Shown here: piece by piece, positions 62,750 through 64,000 of the stretch | Numbering within the stretch: the first letter of the stretch is position 1 | Layout: each line of letters opens with the position of its first letter | NCBI GenBank assembly: GCA_038209555.1 | Contig: JBBQXP010000001.1 | Coordinates: 68,728-132,727 of the forward strand | Source: Gaiellales bacterium | Lineage (GTDB): Bacteria; Actinomycetota; Thermoleophilia; Gaiellales; Gaiellaceae | Direction: 5' to 3' | Length of the DNA: 64,000 nt | Notes under the pieces: generated by a model | What the model saw: the letters and a program-made list of their open reading frames with translations, nothing else | What the model was told of the DNA's origin: nothing | Databases searched by the model: none | Program-made: the position numbers and the translations under genes

Positions 62750-64000
62750 GTGGAGCCCGAGGGCCGGCTCGCCGGTATCCGTCTCATCCTGGCCGAAAGG
62801 GCGGTGCGCGCGATCATCGCGCTCGCCTTCCTGGTCATGGTCGGCTTCGGGGTCGTCCTGCCGATTCTGGCGCTCTACGCCCGGTCGTTCGGCGTCGGGT
62901 ATGGCTCCGCGGGGCTTTTCGTCTCCGCCTTCGCGCTGGTTCGCCTCGGAGCCGATCTCGTCGCCGGCCCGCTGGTCGACCGCTTCGGAGAACGGCGTGC
63001 GGCTGCGTCCGGGATGGTGATCACGGCGATCGCCTCCTTCGCGGCAGGCCTTGCGCCCACCTTCGGGCTCGCGCTCGTCTTCTGGAGCGCAGGCGGCGCG
63101 GGCTCGGCGCTCTTGTTCGCGGCCTTCTACAGCTACCTTCTGAAGGTCGTCCCATCCGACCGGATGGCGCGGACGCTCGGAATCTTCTACGGCTCCTTCA
63201 ACGGCGGCATGGTCGCCGGCGGGCTCGCGGGCGGCATCGTCGCCCACTACCTGGGCCTGGCCGCTCCGCTCCTCCTCTACGCGGGCATCCTCGCGGTCGC
63301 TGCCCTCGCGTACCTGCGCTTCGTTCCTGATCCCACTGGGCGCGCGCAGGAGCTGCCGATGTCCACACAGCAGGCCGAGCTCGAGCGCGACATGCCGATC
63401 CTGCGCCGGAGCCGGACGACGCTGGCCCGACTCTTCCGGACCCGCGGCTTTGCCACGGTGTTGGTCGTCAACCTCGCGTACCTCTGGATGATTGCCGCGG
63501 TGTTCGACACGCTCGTCCCGCTTCTTGGGCGCGAGGAGCTCGGGATGTCGACCGTGGCGATCGGGGTCGTCTTCGCCGCCGCGCTCGCGACCGAGTTCGT
63601 CATCCTCTATCCCGCAGGCACAGCTGCAGATAGGCACGGGCGAAAGCCGGTGCTCCTGCCGGCGCTGGCCGGGCTGGCGCTCATGACCGTGCTCATCGGC
63701 TGGTCGCCGACCCCGTTCCTGCTCGGGCTCGGGATGGCGTTCCTGGGAATCGCGACCGGCTTCGCCGGAGTTCCGCCCGCGGCCATGCTCTCCGACCTGA
63801 CGCCCAGCCATGGCTCCGGGACGGCGGTAGGCGCTTTCCGCTTCTGCGGCGACCTCGGGCTCCTGCTGGGTCCGGTGGTCGCCGGCCTCTCGATCGACGC
63901 GTTCGGCTTCCGCGAGGCATTCGCGATCGCTGCCCTCCCAACGATCATTGCTCTTGTGCTCGTCGCCCGAACACCGGAGACGATGCCGGCCCAGGCTCAC
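62750..64000 (+). CDS. MFS transporter, 3' end beyond window
   Basis: My translation from GTG 62750 is open to the window edge: AIIALAFLVMVGFGVVLPILALYARSFGV...GPLVDRFGERR (MFS motif A-like). The long minus-strand ORF 62717..64000 is its antisense shadow. Confidence 0.8.
   Translation, partial: MEPEGRLAGIRLILAERAVRAIIALAFLVMVGFGVVLPILALYARSFGVGYGSAGLFVSAFALVRLGADLVAGPLVDRFGERRAAASGMVITAIASFAAGLAPTFGLALVFWSAGGAGSALLFAAFYSYLLKVVPSDRMARTLGIFYGSFNGGMVAGGLAGGIVAHYLGLAAPLLLYAGILAVAALAYLRFVPDPTGRAQELPMSTQQAELERDMPILRRSRTTLARLFRTRGFATVLVVNLAYLWMIAAVFDTLVPLLGREELGMSTVAIGVVFAAALATEFVILYPAGTAADRHGRKPVLLPALAGLALMTVLIGWSPTPFLLGLGMAFLGIATGFAGVPPAAMLSDLTPSHGSGTAVGAFRFCGDLGLLLGPVVAGLSIDAFGFREAFAIAALPTIIALVLVARTPETMPAQAH

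Noticed and set aside
62717-64000. Long minus-strand ORF (427 aa), and similar long ORFs such as 20282..21913(-), 45131..46594(-), 49933..51066(-), 31547..33391(-), 52266..53762(+) and 57286..58839(+, its 5' two thirds)
   Set aside because: Their translations are low-complexity Arg/Pro/Gly-rich, as is typical of shadow frames in GC-rich DNA. Each lies antisense to, or out of frame with, a gene that has clear family motifs.
1-64000. CRISPR arrays, tRNA/rRNA genes, transposases, integrases, and recognisable defence or toxin-antitoxin systems
   Set aside because: I scanned intergenic gaps and ORF translations by eye and found nothing matching these classes. Absence cannot be proven without tRNAscan, Infernal or HMM searches.

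Overview
GC-rich, densely coding chromosomal window of about 70 genes that looks Actinomycetota-like. Supporting signs are a dcw cluster without ftsA, a fused PafBC-type regulator and many very short divergent intergenic gaps. The lineage call is inference only. Content runs from a 5'-truncated histidine kinase through pafBC/dinB, a SPOR/zinc-ribbon pair, aldehyde dehydrogenase/3-hydroxyacyl-CoA dehydrogenase, a heme peroxidase, pdxH, a two-component pair, queA-tgt-yajC-secDF and an ABC1 kinase. Next is a mixed stress/repair block (VOC dioxygenase, atypical response regulator, AlkA-like glycosylase, cupin, DUF192, ECF sigma-ogt). A full dcw cluster follows (mraZ-rsmH-ftsL-ftsI-murE-murF-mraY-[antisense phosphoesterase]-murD-ftsW-murG-murC-murB-ftsQ-ftsZ). 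After it come a tryptophanase-like lyase, gcvT-gcvH-gcvPA-gcvPB, a YcaQ-like glycosylase, an L,D-transpeptidase, an rlmN/Moco-oxidoreductase/FAD-reductase/DUF6510-like operon, lepB, ltaE, a serine hydrolase, an MBL hydrolase and a 3'-truncated MFS transporter. I saw no rRNA, tRNA, CRISPR array, transposase or integrase. The strongest signal is an apparently undescribed ~165-nt palindromic repeat with three full copies and two to three truncated ones. It always lies between co-directional genes and is always oriented with transcription. Full copies fill the gap from the upstream stop codon to the downstream start codon exactly and carry a phase-preserving mini-ORF. Other notable points: a reverse-strand phosphoesterase gene wedged into the dcw cluster with overlaps at both ends, four 10-bp-phased GTGG boxes upstream of mraZ, back-to-back putatively leaderless gene pairs with overlapping -10-like hexamers, an ECF sigma translationally coupled to ogt, an atypical response regulator, and two frameshifted genes.
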